The notes beneath the pieces are model-generated. The model did not search any database. It saw nothing but the letters and a program-made list of their open reading frames with translations, and was not told the DNA's origin. A stretch of 64,000 nt of DNA, from sequence record LR756511.1; one strand, given 5' to 3'. Shown one piece after another: positions 56,817 through 64,000 of the stretch; the first letter of the stretch is position 1; each line of letters begins with the position of its first letter. Position numbers and translations under genes: made by a program.

Positions 56817-57824
56817 TCACCCGTAACTAGCACAAAACTCTAACTTAATCGGATAAACCTTCTGCTTAGAGTAATCGAAATCAGGATCGTTGGATAAGTC
56901 CCAATAAGCTGCTGGGAACTTTCCATATTCCCTTGGATTCCATTCTTCAATTTTGCAATGCTTCTTAAACAAAGCGTGCCAACGATCCCAATTGTCATAT
57001 TCGGATAGTTGTATTGTGAGCATATAAGGATACTCGCCCCAACCTATTTGAGCATTCACATAATTCGGCCTGTGTCCACCAATTATAACCCTAAACTTAT
57101 TTGCAGCCAAAACCGCAAATCGCATTTCCAATGCTGCACGAATGCCCTTCTGCTGTACTACCAATTTATAAGGAGCGTTGTCTTCGTCCTCTATCTCTAC
57201 CAATTTAGGGATCAAATCATCAATTTCTTGCTTGAAAATTGGATCAATTGTAAATGGCTTAGGCACTTTAGGTGGTAATGGTTCCATCTTCCTAATGCGT
57301 TCCGCTGCCTCCGCGTATGGAACCTTAAGTCGGTTCCAAACTTCTAAATGTTCGGGCCGTTCACGAAAATTTGCCACAACATTCCATTCGTCATGGTAGG
57401 AGTGGGTATTATCAGGCAAACCTTTTGCTTTAAATGTCACTGTAATTGGTGGGTCGATACCCTTACAATCATCATGGAACACAAGATAAACTTCGGATTC
57501 AGATGCCGTTGAGAATCTTTTTAACTTATCGTAATAAGCTAGCTGTTCTTCGCATGGTGGACCGTAACAATCGTTGTGTTGATAATCACCACTTACTCTA
57601 CGGACCATATTCAATTGTTCAGCTATTTGCTCATCTGTTGCGCCACGCTGCACATAAATGCTGTTTACTGGACCGTCTGCTAGGCCAATTTGTGCGCTTA
57701 GATAATACCTTTCTTGTCTATTCCATTCCTCAACGTGGTCGCCGTTGGAATAGTCCAAGAAGTTTCTCATCGCAAAGGCGTCCAAAGGGGTCCATTCGCC
57801 CCAAATGCCTTTCTCTGTATCCAT
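56817..57824 (-). CDS. Hypothetical protein
   Basis: 335-aa ORF with SD AAGGAG and sigma70 promoter. Confidence 0.75.
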   Translation of the reverse strand: MDTEKGIWGEWTPLDAFAMRNFLDYSNGDHVEEWNRQERYYLSAQIGLADGPVNSIYVQRGATDEQIAEQLNMVRRVSGDYQHNDCYGPPCEEQLAYYDKLKRFSTASESEVYLVFHDDCKGIDPPITVTFKAKGLPDNTHSYHDEWNVVANFRERPEHLEVWNRLKVPYAEAAERIRKMEPLPPKVPKPFTIDPIFKQEIDDLIPKLVEIEDEDNAPYKLVVQQKGIRAALEMRFAVLAANKFRVIIGGHRPNYVNAQIGWGEYPYMLTIQLSEYDNWDRWHALFKKHCKIEEWNPREYGKFPAAYWDLSNDPDFDYSKQKVYPIKLEFCASYG

Positions 57825-57843
57825 AGGGAGTCTCCTTAACCCT

Positions 57844-57871
57844 ATTATACTACGGATTTACCGTTTGGCAA
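57844..57871 (-). promoter_or_regulatory. sigma70-type promoter
   Basis: TTGCCA-16 nt-TATAAT. Confidence 0.7.
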
Positions 57872-57896
57872 GGAAGAAAAGCTGCATATATAAGGT

Positions 57897-58484
57897 ATGC
57901 TGGAGTTCCGACAATGGTTTGAAGCCTATCAAGTGCCAAAATCGCACATTACGATCAAACTGCCTTCAACAAAGCAGACAACCAACTATTCTTGTGGACC
58001 CGTCAGTTTAAAAGCCATTGCCCGTTACTTCAAAGTCGGTCCAGATGACGAACAGTATTATATTCGCCTCTGTAACGCCAACTCCAAAGACGGCACAACC
58101 CCAAATAACTTAACCCAAGCCGCTAAGAAATTAGGACTTTACGTTAAGTTGAAGCAGAATATGACTTTAGATGAGCTAAAAGAATATCTGGACAGGAAAG
58201 TGCCAGTCATTTGCGACATTCAAGCATGGGGAAACAAGAAAGATTTTGCCGATGATAAAGATGGGCATTATGTTGTGGCAATAGGCTACAGCAACAGTCA
58301 CATTTATTTTATGGACCCTTCGGTAAAGGGAAGTCATGGATACTTGTCTAATGCTGAATTTTTAAGTCGTTGGCATGACGAAGAAAAAGGCGGTAAGAAA
58401 ACTCATCGCCTTGGTATTGCTATTTGGAAAGATACCCCCGAAAAAGAAAAGCAACAACTTCACAAGGTAAAAAAAATTAAATGA
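57897..58484 (+). CDS. C39-like cysteine peptidase with CTS-like leader (MLEFRQWFE)
   Basis: KQTTNYSCGP, GHYVVAIGY, YFMDP; CATATATA 4 nt before ATG. Confidence 0.85.
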   Translation: MLEFRQWFEAYQVPKSHITIKLPSTKQTTNYSCGPVSLKAIARYFKVGPDDEQYYIRLCNANSKDGTTPNNLTQAAKKLGLYVKLKQNMTLDELKEYLDRKVPVICDIQAWGNKKDFADDKDGHYVVAIGYSNSHIYFMDPSVKGSHGYLSNAEFLSRWHDEEKGGKKTHRLGIAIWKDTPEKEKQQLHKVKKIK

Positions 58485-58852
58485 TTAACGTTCAAAACGA
58501 CATTTTAACCCCTTATTCCCCGCCGCAGCCTGTGCTGAGCGGATATCAAATCAACTATAAGCCAGCGAATATCAATATTATTGCTGGAACAATTGTTGGC
58601 AATGTGTATTTGAATGGACAACTATCGCAAACATTCACCGCCAATCAAAGTGGTGAATGCACGTTTAATTTCGTTTCTCAGATGAACAATTGGATCAAAT
58701 TTGCTTTCTTCGATATCACGACTGGATATCTTAGAGCGACATGGGCGGACAATCCCGATCCAGTTTATACTTATAGCATTACGATGAGCTATAGTTACAA
58801 TACCGCCATGATTGATCCAGCTTTTCTGCCGACGCATGAAGATGGTAATTAA
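58481..58852 (+). CDS. Hypothetical beta-rich (possibly structural) protein
   Basis: 123-aa ORF coupled to peptidase stop. Confidence 0.6.
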   Translation: MINVQNDILTPYSPPQPVLSGYQINYKPANINIIAGTIVGNVYLNGQLSQTFTANQSGECTFNFVSQMNNWIKFAFFDITTGYLRATWADNPDPVYTYSITMSYSYNTAMIDPAFLPTHEDGN

Positions 58853-59091
58853 ATAAGGTGCGATCTGCTTGTTAGTATTTTAGCCGAGCCGACACTGCCT
58901 AAGACTTCGACATACTGTTGGGTGACTCTTGCGAACAAGTTACCAATACCCAACACCTCAACGGGCTGTTGAGTAATTCTTACGGCTGTATTGCCAATAC
59001 CCAACACCTCAACGGGCTGTTGAGTAATTCTCACGGTTGGGTCATTTATACCCAGCACTTCAATTGGTTCTTGAGTAAGCCTTACTGCCAT
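58849..59091 (-). CDS. Small repeat protein (4 x 'VR(I/L)TQ.P(V/I)EVLG')
   Basis: 17-aa (51-bp) tandem repeats. Confidence 0.75.
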   Translation of the reverse strand: MAVRLTQEPIEVLGINDPTVRITQQPVEVLGIGNTAVRITQQPVEVLGIGNLFARVTQQYVEVLGSVGSAKILTSRSHLI

Positions 59092-59140
59092 TTTGTTCCC
59101 TTTAGTAATATATATAAATATCCAAAAAGAAAGGTGATTA

Positions 59141-60163
59141 ATGGCTATAGTTTTTATGGACGGTTTTGATAATTATGTCTCAAATGGCAGCGCAATTGGC
59201 ACTCCCTTGCTGAGAAAGTGGCACCAAATTGATTTTTCTAACCCGCAACCCTCAGCACAACCTGGACGTATTAGTGGGCTTTGCTTGTACACTGGCGCTT
59301 CTAACTGCTATACTCTTCCGTTTACTTCTCAAGCAACATATATTATTGGGTTTGCATTTAAATTAACATCATATAATTTTTACGGAGCTATAGGAGTGGT
59401 AAAGTTCATGGACAGCACTTCTTTTCAGTGCAGTCTTATGGTAGATAGTGTTGGGCACCTTTATTTTACTAATGGAAACAACGGAACGCAATTAGGGTCA
59501 ACAGGAACAACGATACTGGCTCTTAGCACTTGGTATCACATAGAAACCAAAATAACTATTAACAATACTACTGGATCGTTTACAGTTAAATTAAATGGCG
59601 TTACTGAAATATCTGCAACTAGCGTCAACACAAGAACCACTTCAAACAATACATGCAATAGATTTCTTCTCCCAGGCACCAGAAACTATTATGATGATTT
59701 TTTTATTCTGGACACCACTGGCTCTGCCAATAATGATTTTATTGGTGATAATAAAGTAGAGACTCTCTTGCCGAATGCCGCTGGCAATTACAGTCAGTGG
59801 ACGCCTTCTTCTGGCGCCAATTACACCACAGTCAATGAAACCGCAGTTAATGATGACACCAATTACAATTCAACAGCAACCGCTAACAATATTGACACTT
59901 ATAATTTTGGCAATTTAGTCAATGTTGCAACTGGCATTAGAGGCATTTGCATAAACGAGCATGTCAGGAAAGACAACGCTGGAACAAAAACCATAGCTCC
60001 TGTTATTCGTATATCTTCCACGGACTATGTAGGCAACACAGTTTCTGCGATTGACAGCTATTACATAGCTCTACAAATATATGAACAAAATCCAAACACA
60101 ACCGCGTCGTGGACTAATACTGATATTAACAACGCTGAATTTGGAATTAAATTAATTAGTTAA
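59141..60163 (+). CDS. Putative virion fibre/ConA-like protein (paralogue 2)
   Basis: TATAAATA at 59113..59120, SD AAAGGTG; paralogous motifs. Confidence 0.65.
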   Translation: MAIVFMDGFDNYVSNGSAIGTPLLRKWHQIDFSNPQPSAQPGRISGLCLYTGASNCYTLPFTSQATYIIGFAFKLTSYNFYGAIGVVKFMDSTSFQCSLMVDSVGHLYFTNGNNGTQLGSTGTTILALSTWYHIETKITINNTTGSFTVKLNGVTEISATSVNTRTTSNNTCNRFLLPGTRNYYDDFFILDTTGSANNDFIGDNKVETLLPNAAGNYSQWTPSSGANYTTVNETAVNDDTNYNSTATANNIDTYNFGNLVNVATGIRGICINEHVRKDNAGTKTIAPVIRISSTDYVGNTVSAIDSYYIALQIYEQNPNTTASWTNTDINNAEFGIKLIS

Positions 60164-60171
60164 GGAGAAAA

Positions 60172-60429
60172 TTGCCAGCAAGTACATTAAATGGTGCAAT
60201 TGACGATGCCGTTACAACAATTATTGTAATGGACGCTACAGGATTTCCAACACCTAATTTTCGCATTCAGGTGGAAGATGAACTTATGCTTGTGACACAG
60301 GTTACAAGTAATACGTTTACGGTAACGAGGGGAGATTTACAAACGCCAGCCGCCTCTCACGTTGATGGAACTGCTGTGACCTATGTGGTTTCTAGCGATA
60401 TATCATCGGATACTATATCTACTTATTAA
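60172..60429 (+). CDS. Small putative tail-associated beta-protein
   Basis: TTG start after AAGGAG; TL.GAI....TTI.V....GFP...RIQV.DE.M.VT....TFTVTRG. Confidence 0.6.
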   Translation: MPASTLNGAIDDAVTTIIVMDATGFPTPNFRIQVEDELMLVTQVTSNTFTVTRGDLQTPAASHVDGTAVTYVVSSDISSDTISTY

Positions 60430-60437
60430 GGGGAATT

Positions 60438-61529
60438 ATGGCATTACTATTTGCAGAAGGGTTTGATGCTTATTCAACAACGATTGGCGCTGTTCCCACT
60501 TACAGAAAATGGTATCCGACGAACAATCCAAGCAACACTATTGTCGCTGGAAGATTTGCCGCATACGCTTCTAATTGCCGTCAGTTTTTAAACACTAAGC
60601 TCTATACGCCTACCGCCACGCTAATTTGTGGTTTTGCCATTAAAAGAAGCCAGTACATTACTGGACAAACATCTTCAATTATTCTCACATTCAACCAAGG
60701 AGTAACAGGAACCCATTGTTTTCTTTCAGTGAATAAAGATGATTATTTAGAGTTTTACCGCAACGGTGTAGGTGCGGCAGAAGTGTTATTAGGCACTGGA
60801 ACGACTAAAGTTAGGTCAGGGCTTTGGTACTATATAGAGGCAAAAACCACAATCAACACCACAACAGGAGCAGTTACCATTCGTGTCAATGGTCTTAACG
60901 ATATTGTTCTCACGAATGTTAATACACATGGGGATGAAAGTGTGACCGCTTCAGATACCACTGATAGTGTATGTCTGTATACAGACTTGTCTCAAGGCGG
61001 ATCAGTTACAAGAAGCGGCACCACCATTTCTTGCAGCGTAACCAATAATGGACCAGTTTACGATGATTTTTACCTATGTGACACCACAGGTAGTGTGAAT
61101 AATGACTTCCTTGGGGAAGTATATGTGAATACGCTATTTGCTAATGGCGCTGGCAATTACACGAATTGGACACCAAATACAGGCAGCAATTATACCGCTG
61201 TGAATGAAGTTGCTGTTAATGACGATACTACTTACGTGTCAACAAATACCGCGACAACTAATGATTCATATGCGTTTAGCAATTTAACAATTACACATAT
61301 CGTTGGTGGATTAAATACTAACTTAATTGCGCGTATGGACGACGCAGGACCACATACAGTTGCGACTCTTGTAAGAATATCCTCGACAGATTACGTTGGC
61401 ACCGCAATATCAACCACATCAACCTATACAAATTTACCGCAAATTTATGAAACAAGCCCAAACTCAGGCTCTGCCTGGACGGTTTCTGAGGTTAATGCTG
61501 CTGAATTTGGCATTCAACTGGTCAGTTAA
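60438..61529 (+). CDS. Putative virion fibre/ConA-like protein (paralogue 3)
   Basis: Same motif set; ends AEFGIQLVS. Confidence 0.65.
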   Translation: MALLFAEGFDAYSTTIGAVPTYRKWYPTNNPSNTIVAGRFAAYASNCRQFLNTKLYTPTATLICGFAIKRSQYITGQTSSIILTFNQGVTGTHCFLSVNKDDYLEFYRNGVGAAEVLLGTGTTKVRSGLWYYIEAKTTINTTTGAVTIRVNGLNDIVLTNVNTHGDESVTASDTTDSVCLYTDLSQGGSVTRSGTTISCSVTNNGPVYDDFYLCDTTGSVNNDFLGEVYVNTLFANGAGNYTNWTPNTGSNYTAVNEVAVNDDTTYVSTNTATTNDSYAFSNLTITHIVGGLNTNLIARMDDAGPHTVATLVRISSTDYVGTAISTTSTYTNLPQIYETSPNSGSAWTVSEVNAAEFGIQLVS

Positions 61530-61530
61530 T

Positions 61531-62205
61531 ATGAAATATGATTACAAACATTTCCCGCTCATTGATCCAAATAACAAGATCGTTATGGGTTGGGCGGCAA
61601 AGTCAGGCTGTACCATAGCAGTAAAAATGTTTTTTGACCACATGGACATTCTTGAAGAAGCAGAAGGTTTTAGCGATGGTGATAAGGCAGTTCATGATTT
61701 TCGAATGCTTGTTTTCTATGACAGATATGGCAAACCTACCAATAGACATTTCTCAGACTCAACCTACTTTAAATTCAAAGTTGTTAGAAACCCATTTGAA
61801 AGAGCGGTTAGTAGCTTCATTCATTACGTTGAGCATTGCGCATCTAACCCTTGTTCATTTGTGGACTTTGTTAGATTTCTAAAAACAGAAAACTTAGAGG
61901 ATTGTGATGCTCATTGGAAACTACAACTGGATGGATTTGATGATAAGTACGATAAAATAATTAAACTTGAAGACATGGCTGAAGGTATTAAAAAAATAAA
62001 CATTTTGCGTGGCACTAAATTTAGAACCAACTTTACAAGTGGGCATCACCACATCAAAAAGGATGCGGGTGAATTTGTTGGTTACAAAAAATTCATCTGC
62101 GGGATGATTAAAACAATACCAAGTTATAACAATTTTTACAATGATGTCCTTAAAGAAGATATTGCCAAACTTTACAACAAAGATATTGCTGGACTTGGCT
62201 TATAA
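61531..62205 (+). CDS. Sulfotransferase family 2 protein
   Basis: AKSGCT, FKVVRNPFERAVSSF, HWKLQ, IIKLED, LYNKDI; start re-assigned to ATG 61531. Confidence 0.85.
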   Translation: MKYDYKHFPLIDPNNKIVMGWAAKSGCTIAVKMFFDHMDILEEAEGFSDGDKAVHDFRMLVFYDRYGKPTNRHFSDSTYFKFKVVRNPFERAVSSFIHYVEHCASNPCSFVDFVRFLKTENLEDCDAHWKLQLDGFDDKYDKIIKLEDMAEGIKKINILRGTKFRTNFTSGHHHIKKDAGEFVGYKKFICGMIKTIPSYNNFYNDVLKEDIAKLYNKDIAGLGL

Positions 62206-62206
62206 A

Positions 62207-62395
62207 CTACTTAGTTTTTGCTATATCTACTTCGCTATGCCATTGTAACTTGCCATCCTTGTCTACGACTTTGTATTCGTGTAAAGGAGGCAGTTGCATG
62301 TCTTGCTGTTTAATTGTTCTAATGTCGGTAACAAAGCCTACATAACTGTCGGTCGGCCTTACTACTCTGACTTTTTCACCTAATTGAATATCCAT
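62207..62395 (-). CDS. Small SH3/KOW-like protein
   Basis: ATG 2 nt after tRNA discriminator; IQLGEKVRV. Confidence 0.6.
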   Translation of the reverse strand: MDIQLGEKVRVVRPTDSYVGFVTDIRTIKQQDMQLPPLHEYKVVDKDGKLQWHSEVDIAKTK

Positions 62396-62397
62396 AG

Positions 62398-62483
62398 TGA
62401 CCAAGGTGGGATTCGAACCCACACGGAGTAAAAACTCCACCAGGGTTTAAGCCTAGCGCGTCTACCAGTTCCGCCACATGGTC
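62398..62483 (-). tRNA. tRNA-Leu(UAA), intron-less
   Basis: CTAGG-CTTAAAC-CCTGG anticodon arm; one T-T mismatch in acceptor stem; no CCA. Confidence 0.88.
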
Positions 62484-62484
62484 A

Positions 62485-62748
62485 TTAGTAATCATCGTAA
62501 CCACCTTGAGAAGAATAATAATCTTCCCAAGCTTCTCTACGTATCTTATCTATAATCTCCTGTTCCCGTATCTCGTCTAATGACGGATAACCGTTAGCTT
62601 GTCGGTCATCTCCAGCGTTAATTAGTTTTGATAGTTGTAAACTTGGGTCTGTTGCATGGGCATCCCCGTAATAGTATTCGTATTTACATTTAGGGCAATA
62701 ATCTCTTCTTGCACTACTAACCATGTCTGGATGTTCGCAGAAACTCAT
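62485..62748 (-). CDS. Small hypothetical protein
   Basis: C.H...CPKC; stop 1 nt before tRNA. Confidence 0.6.
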   Translation of the reverse strand: MSFCEHPDMVSSARRDYCPKCKYEYYYGDAHATDPSLQLSKLINAGDDRQANGYPSLDEIREQEIIDKIRREAWEDYYSSQGGYDDY

Positions 62749-62767
62749 TTTTTAACCCTCTTAGTAG

Positions 62768-62851
62768 TGGCCGAAGTGGGAGTCGAACCCACACTCCCTT
62801 TCGGGAACCAGATTTTGAGTCTGGCGCGTCTGCCAGTTCCGCCATTCGGCC
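62768..62851 (-). tRNA. tRNA-Leu(CAA)
   Basis: CCAGA-CTCAAAA-TCTGG; GGTTCGACTCC. Confidence 0.95.
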
Positions 62852-62852
62852 T

Positions 62853-63017
62853 TTAATCTATCCACGGACCATTCTTCTCTTTAATTCTATACTTTCTACA
62901 CTTGCGTAAGGTTTTACACCTTTCCATTTCAACCACACATTCTTCAAATGTTCCTTCAAAGAATGTCCATGACCAAGCCTCTTGATCCCATTCGAATAAT
63001 TCATATAATTTCTCCAT
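62853..63017 (-). CDS. Small hypothetical protein between tRNAs
   Basis: MEKLYELFEW..., ATG 2 nt after tRNA, stop 1 nt before next tRNA. Confidence 0.55.
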   Translation of the reverse strand: MEKLYELFEWDQEAWSWTFFEGTFEECVVEMERCKTLRKCRKYRIKEKNGPWID

Positions 63018-63019
63018 AG

Positions 63020-63101
63020 TGACCGAGGTGGGATTCGAACCCACACCCCTTTCGGGACAAGCTTCTGAGGCTTGCGCGTCTACCAGTTCCGCCACTCGGC
63101 C
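63020..63101 (-). tRNA. tRNA-Leu(CAG)
   Basis: CAAGC-CTCAGAA-GCTTG; GGTTCGAATCC. Confidence 0.95.
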
Positions 63102-63103
63102 AG

Positions 63104-63271
63104 TTAGTATTTCAAATCACTTTTGTTTCCACCCTTGTTCAAGCGGTCAATAATTGCGGACGGGAATTCTTTGGTAGGTTTTCCCCACCATTTCCCCATC
63201 TTGCGATCCCATATCTGCCATCCTTTAGGTGGATTCGCTCTGACACAATATCTAGCGTTCTTCTTACCCAT
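63104..63271 (-). CDS. Small basic protein between tRNAs
   Basis: MGKKNARYC..., ATG 2 nt after tRNA, stop 2 nt before next tRNA. Confidence 0.55.
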   Translation of the reverse strand: MGKKNARYCVRANPPKGWQIWDRKMGKWWGKPTKEFPSAIIDRLNKGGNKSDLKY

Positions 63272-63273
63272 AG

Positions 63274-63355
63274 TGACTACGGTGGGAGTCGAACCCACAC
63301 CCCCGAAGGGACAAGTTTCTAAAACTTGCGCGTATACCGATTCCGCCACGCAGCC
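63274..63355 (-). tRNA. tRNA-Leu(UAG)
   Basis: CAAGT-TTTAGAA-ACTTG; GGTTCGACTCC. Confidence 0.9.
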
Positions 63356-63357
63356 AT

Positions 63358-63507
63358 TTACTTCATCATCTTGCGTATCTTTTCGCTTACACAATACGTT
63401 ACCAATAAAGCGGGCACTACAATCATCCAAAAATAAGTAAGCTTAACCTTCTCCCAAAAACTAGCTCTTTCCCAAATCCTATTGTGATATTCAATACTTG
63501 TATTCAT
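63358..63507 (-). CDS. Small membrane protein (not in ORF track)
   Basis: MNTSIEYHNRIWERASFWEKVKLTYFWMIVVPALLVTYCV...; ATG overlaps upstream stop; stop 2 nt before tRNA. Confidence 0.5.
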   Translation of the reverse strand: MNTSIEYHNRIWERASFWEKVKLTYFWMIVVPALLVTYCVSEKIRKMMK

Positions 63508-63806
63508 TTTATTTGCTCGTAATTCAATTGAACAGGCTTGTCGTCGTATACTGTTATTTGGAAATTCTTATCCATAAACAAAATGTGATAAGGGATTTCT
63601 AGGAGTTTTAGATGTTCCTCTGTGATAGCTCTGAACTCTTCTCTACGACTCGTCCATATTATAATATGGACGCCAGTTTCATATTGTTTTCTTAACTCAT
63701 TGACTATTTCACTTTTGACTTTTAGAACAAATATACCTTTATCGGGGTCTGTTCCGTCTTCCACTAAAGTTCCGTCAATATCATAGATTCTAGTATGGTG
63801 TTTCAT
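63504..63806 (-). CDS. HAD-like phosphatase (capsule/PNK-type)
   Basis: YDIDGTL, IWTSR, YH.LFMDK, YDDK. Confidence 0.7.
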   Translation of the reverse strand: MKHHTRIYDIDGTLVEDGTDPDKGIFVLKVKSEIVNELRKQYETGVHIIIWTSRREEFRAITEEHLKLLEIPYHILFMDKNFQITVYDDKPVQLNYEQIK

Positions 63807-63810
63807 TTAG

Positions 63811-63893
63811 TGCGTATGGTAGGAATCGAACCTACAAAGCCCGAAGGCGACAGATTTACAGTCTGTGGGACTCACCACCTGTCCAACATACGC
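63811..63893 (-). tRNA. tRNA-Tyr(GUA)
   Basis: GCGTATG/CATACGC acceptor, ACAGA-CTGTAAA-TCTGT, long variable arm; no CCA. Confidence 0.9.
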
Positions 63894-64000
63894 CTAATTA
63901 CATTCTTGTCTTCCTTTAGATAATTTTATCAAAAAGAATCCAGGTATCTCACCTTCTTCATCAACACAAAGTAAAACTCTATCATCTACTTTAGGTTTAA

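Noticed and set aside
46182-59031. CRISPR arrays at the 66-bp (46182..46312) and 51-bp (58943..59031) repeats
   Set aside because: Periods are multiples of 3, lie inside ORFs and encode peptide repeats; no unique spacers or cas genes.
55701-63355. tRNAs with 'TAG' in the loop as amber suppressors
   Set aside because: Anticodon UAG reads Leu CUA; an amber suppressor would need anticodon CUA.
62207-63430. ORF-track proteins running through tRNA genes (62207..62440, 62853..63095, 63104..63430, also 55498..55707)
   Set aside because: The extensions translate tRNA sequence; the real starts are ATGs just downstream of each tRNA.
1-64000. Stop-codon reassignment (alternative genetic code) suggested by the release factor and many tRNAs
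   Set aside because: Conserved genes (recA, pyrB, helicases) are intact in the standard code, genes end in TAA, TAG and TGA, and no CUA/UCA-anticodon tRNA is present.

Overview
This window is part of a large T4-like (jumbo/'huge') tailed phage genome in the standard genetic code. Evidence for this includes gp32-like SSB, RecA, a UvsY-like protein, DnaB/gp41 helicase, UvsW helicase, a gp55-like late sigma factor and TATAAATA-type late promoters. It also carries many auxiliary genes: a full MoxR-DUF58-BatD-vWA-TPR-vWA operon, pyrB, dCMP deaminase, Sir2, a SET-domain protein, AlkB and another 2OG oxygenase, two sulfotransferases and a glycosyltransferase. Translation genes include ribosomal protein bL12 (planctomycete-like N-terminus), an RF1-like release factor and seven tRNAs (six Leu, one Tyr). 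One tRNA-Leu(UAA) is split by a group I intron carrying an HNH endonuclease. The strongest new observation is the RF1-like gene, which appears to need two consecutive RF2-style +1 frameshifts (CUU-UAA-C, then CUU-UGA-C) and lacks domain 1. Second, about 11 dispersed genes share a T4 capsid-targeting-like N-terminal leader (M-x1-3-F-x-x-W/F..E); seven of them sit 4-5 nt behind a late-promoter box, suggesting leaderless injected cargo. This cargo includes two giant paralogues ending in L7/L12-CTD-like domains. Other observations are a ~185-nt structured RNA candidate with its own late promoter and terminator, and tRNAs that abut stop and start codons in a tRNA-punctuation arrangement. All protein calls come from motif recognition by eye; no database searches were run.
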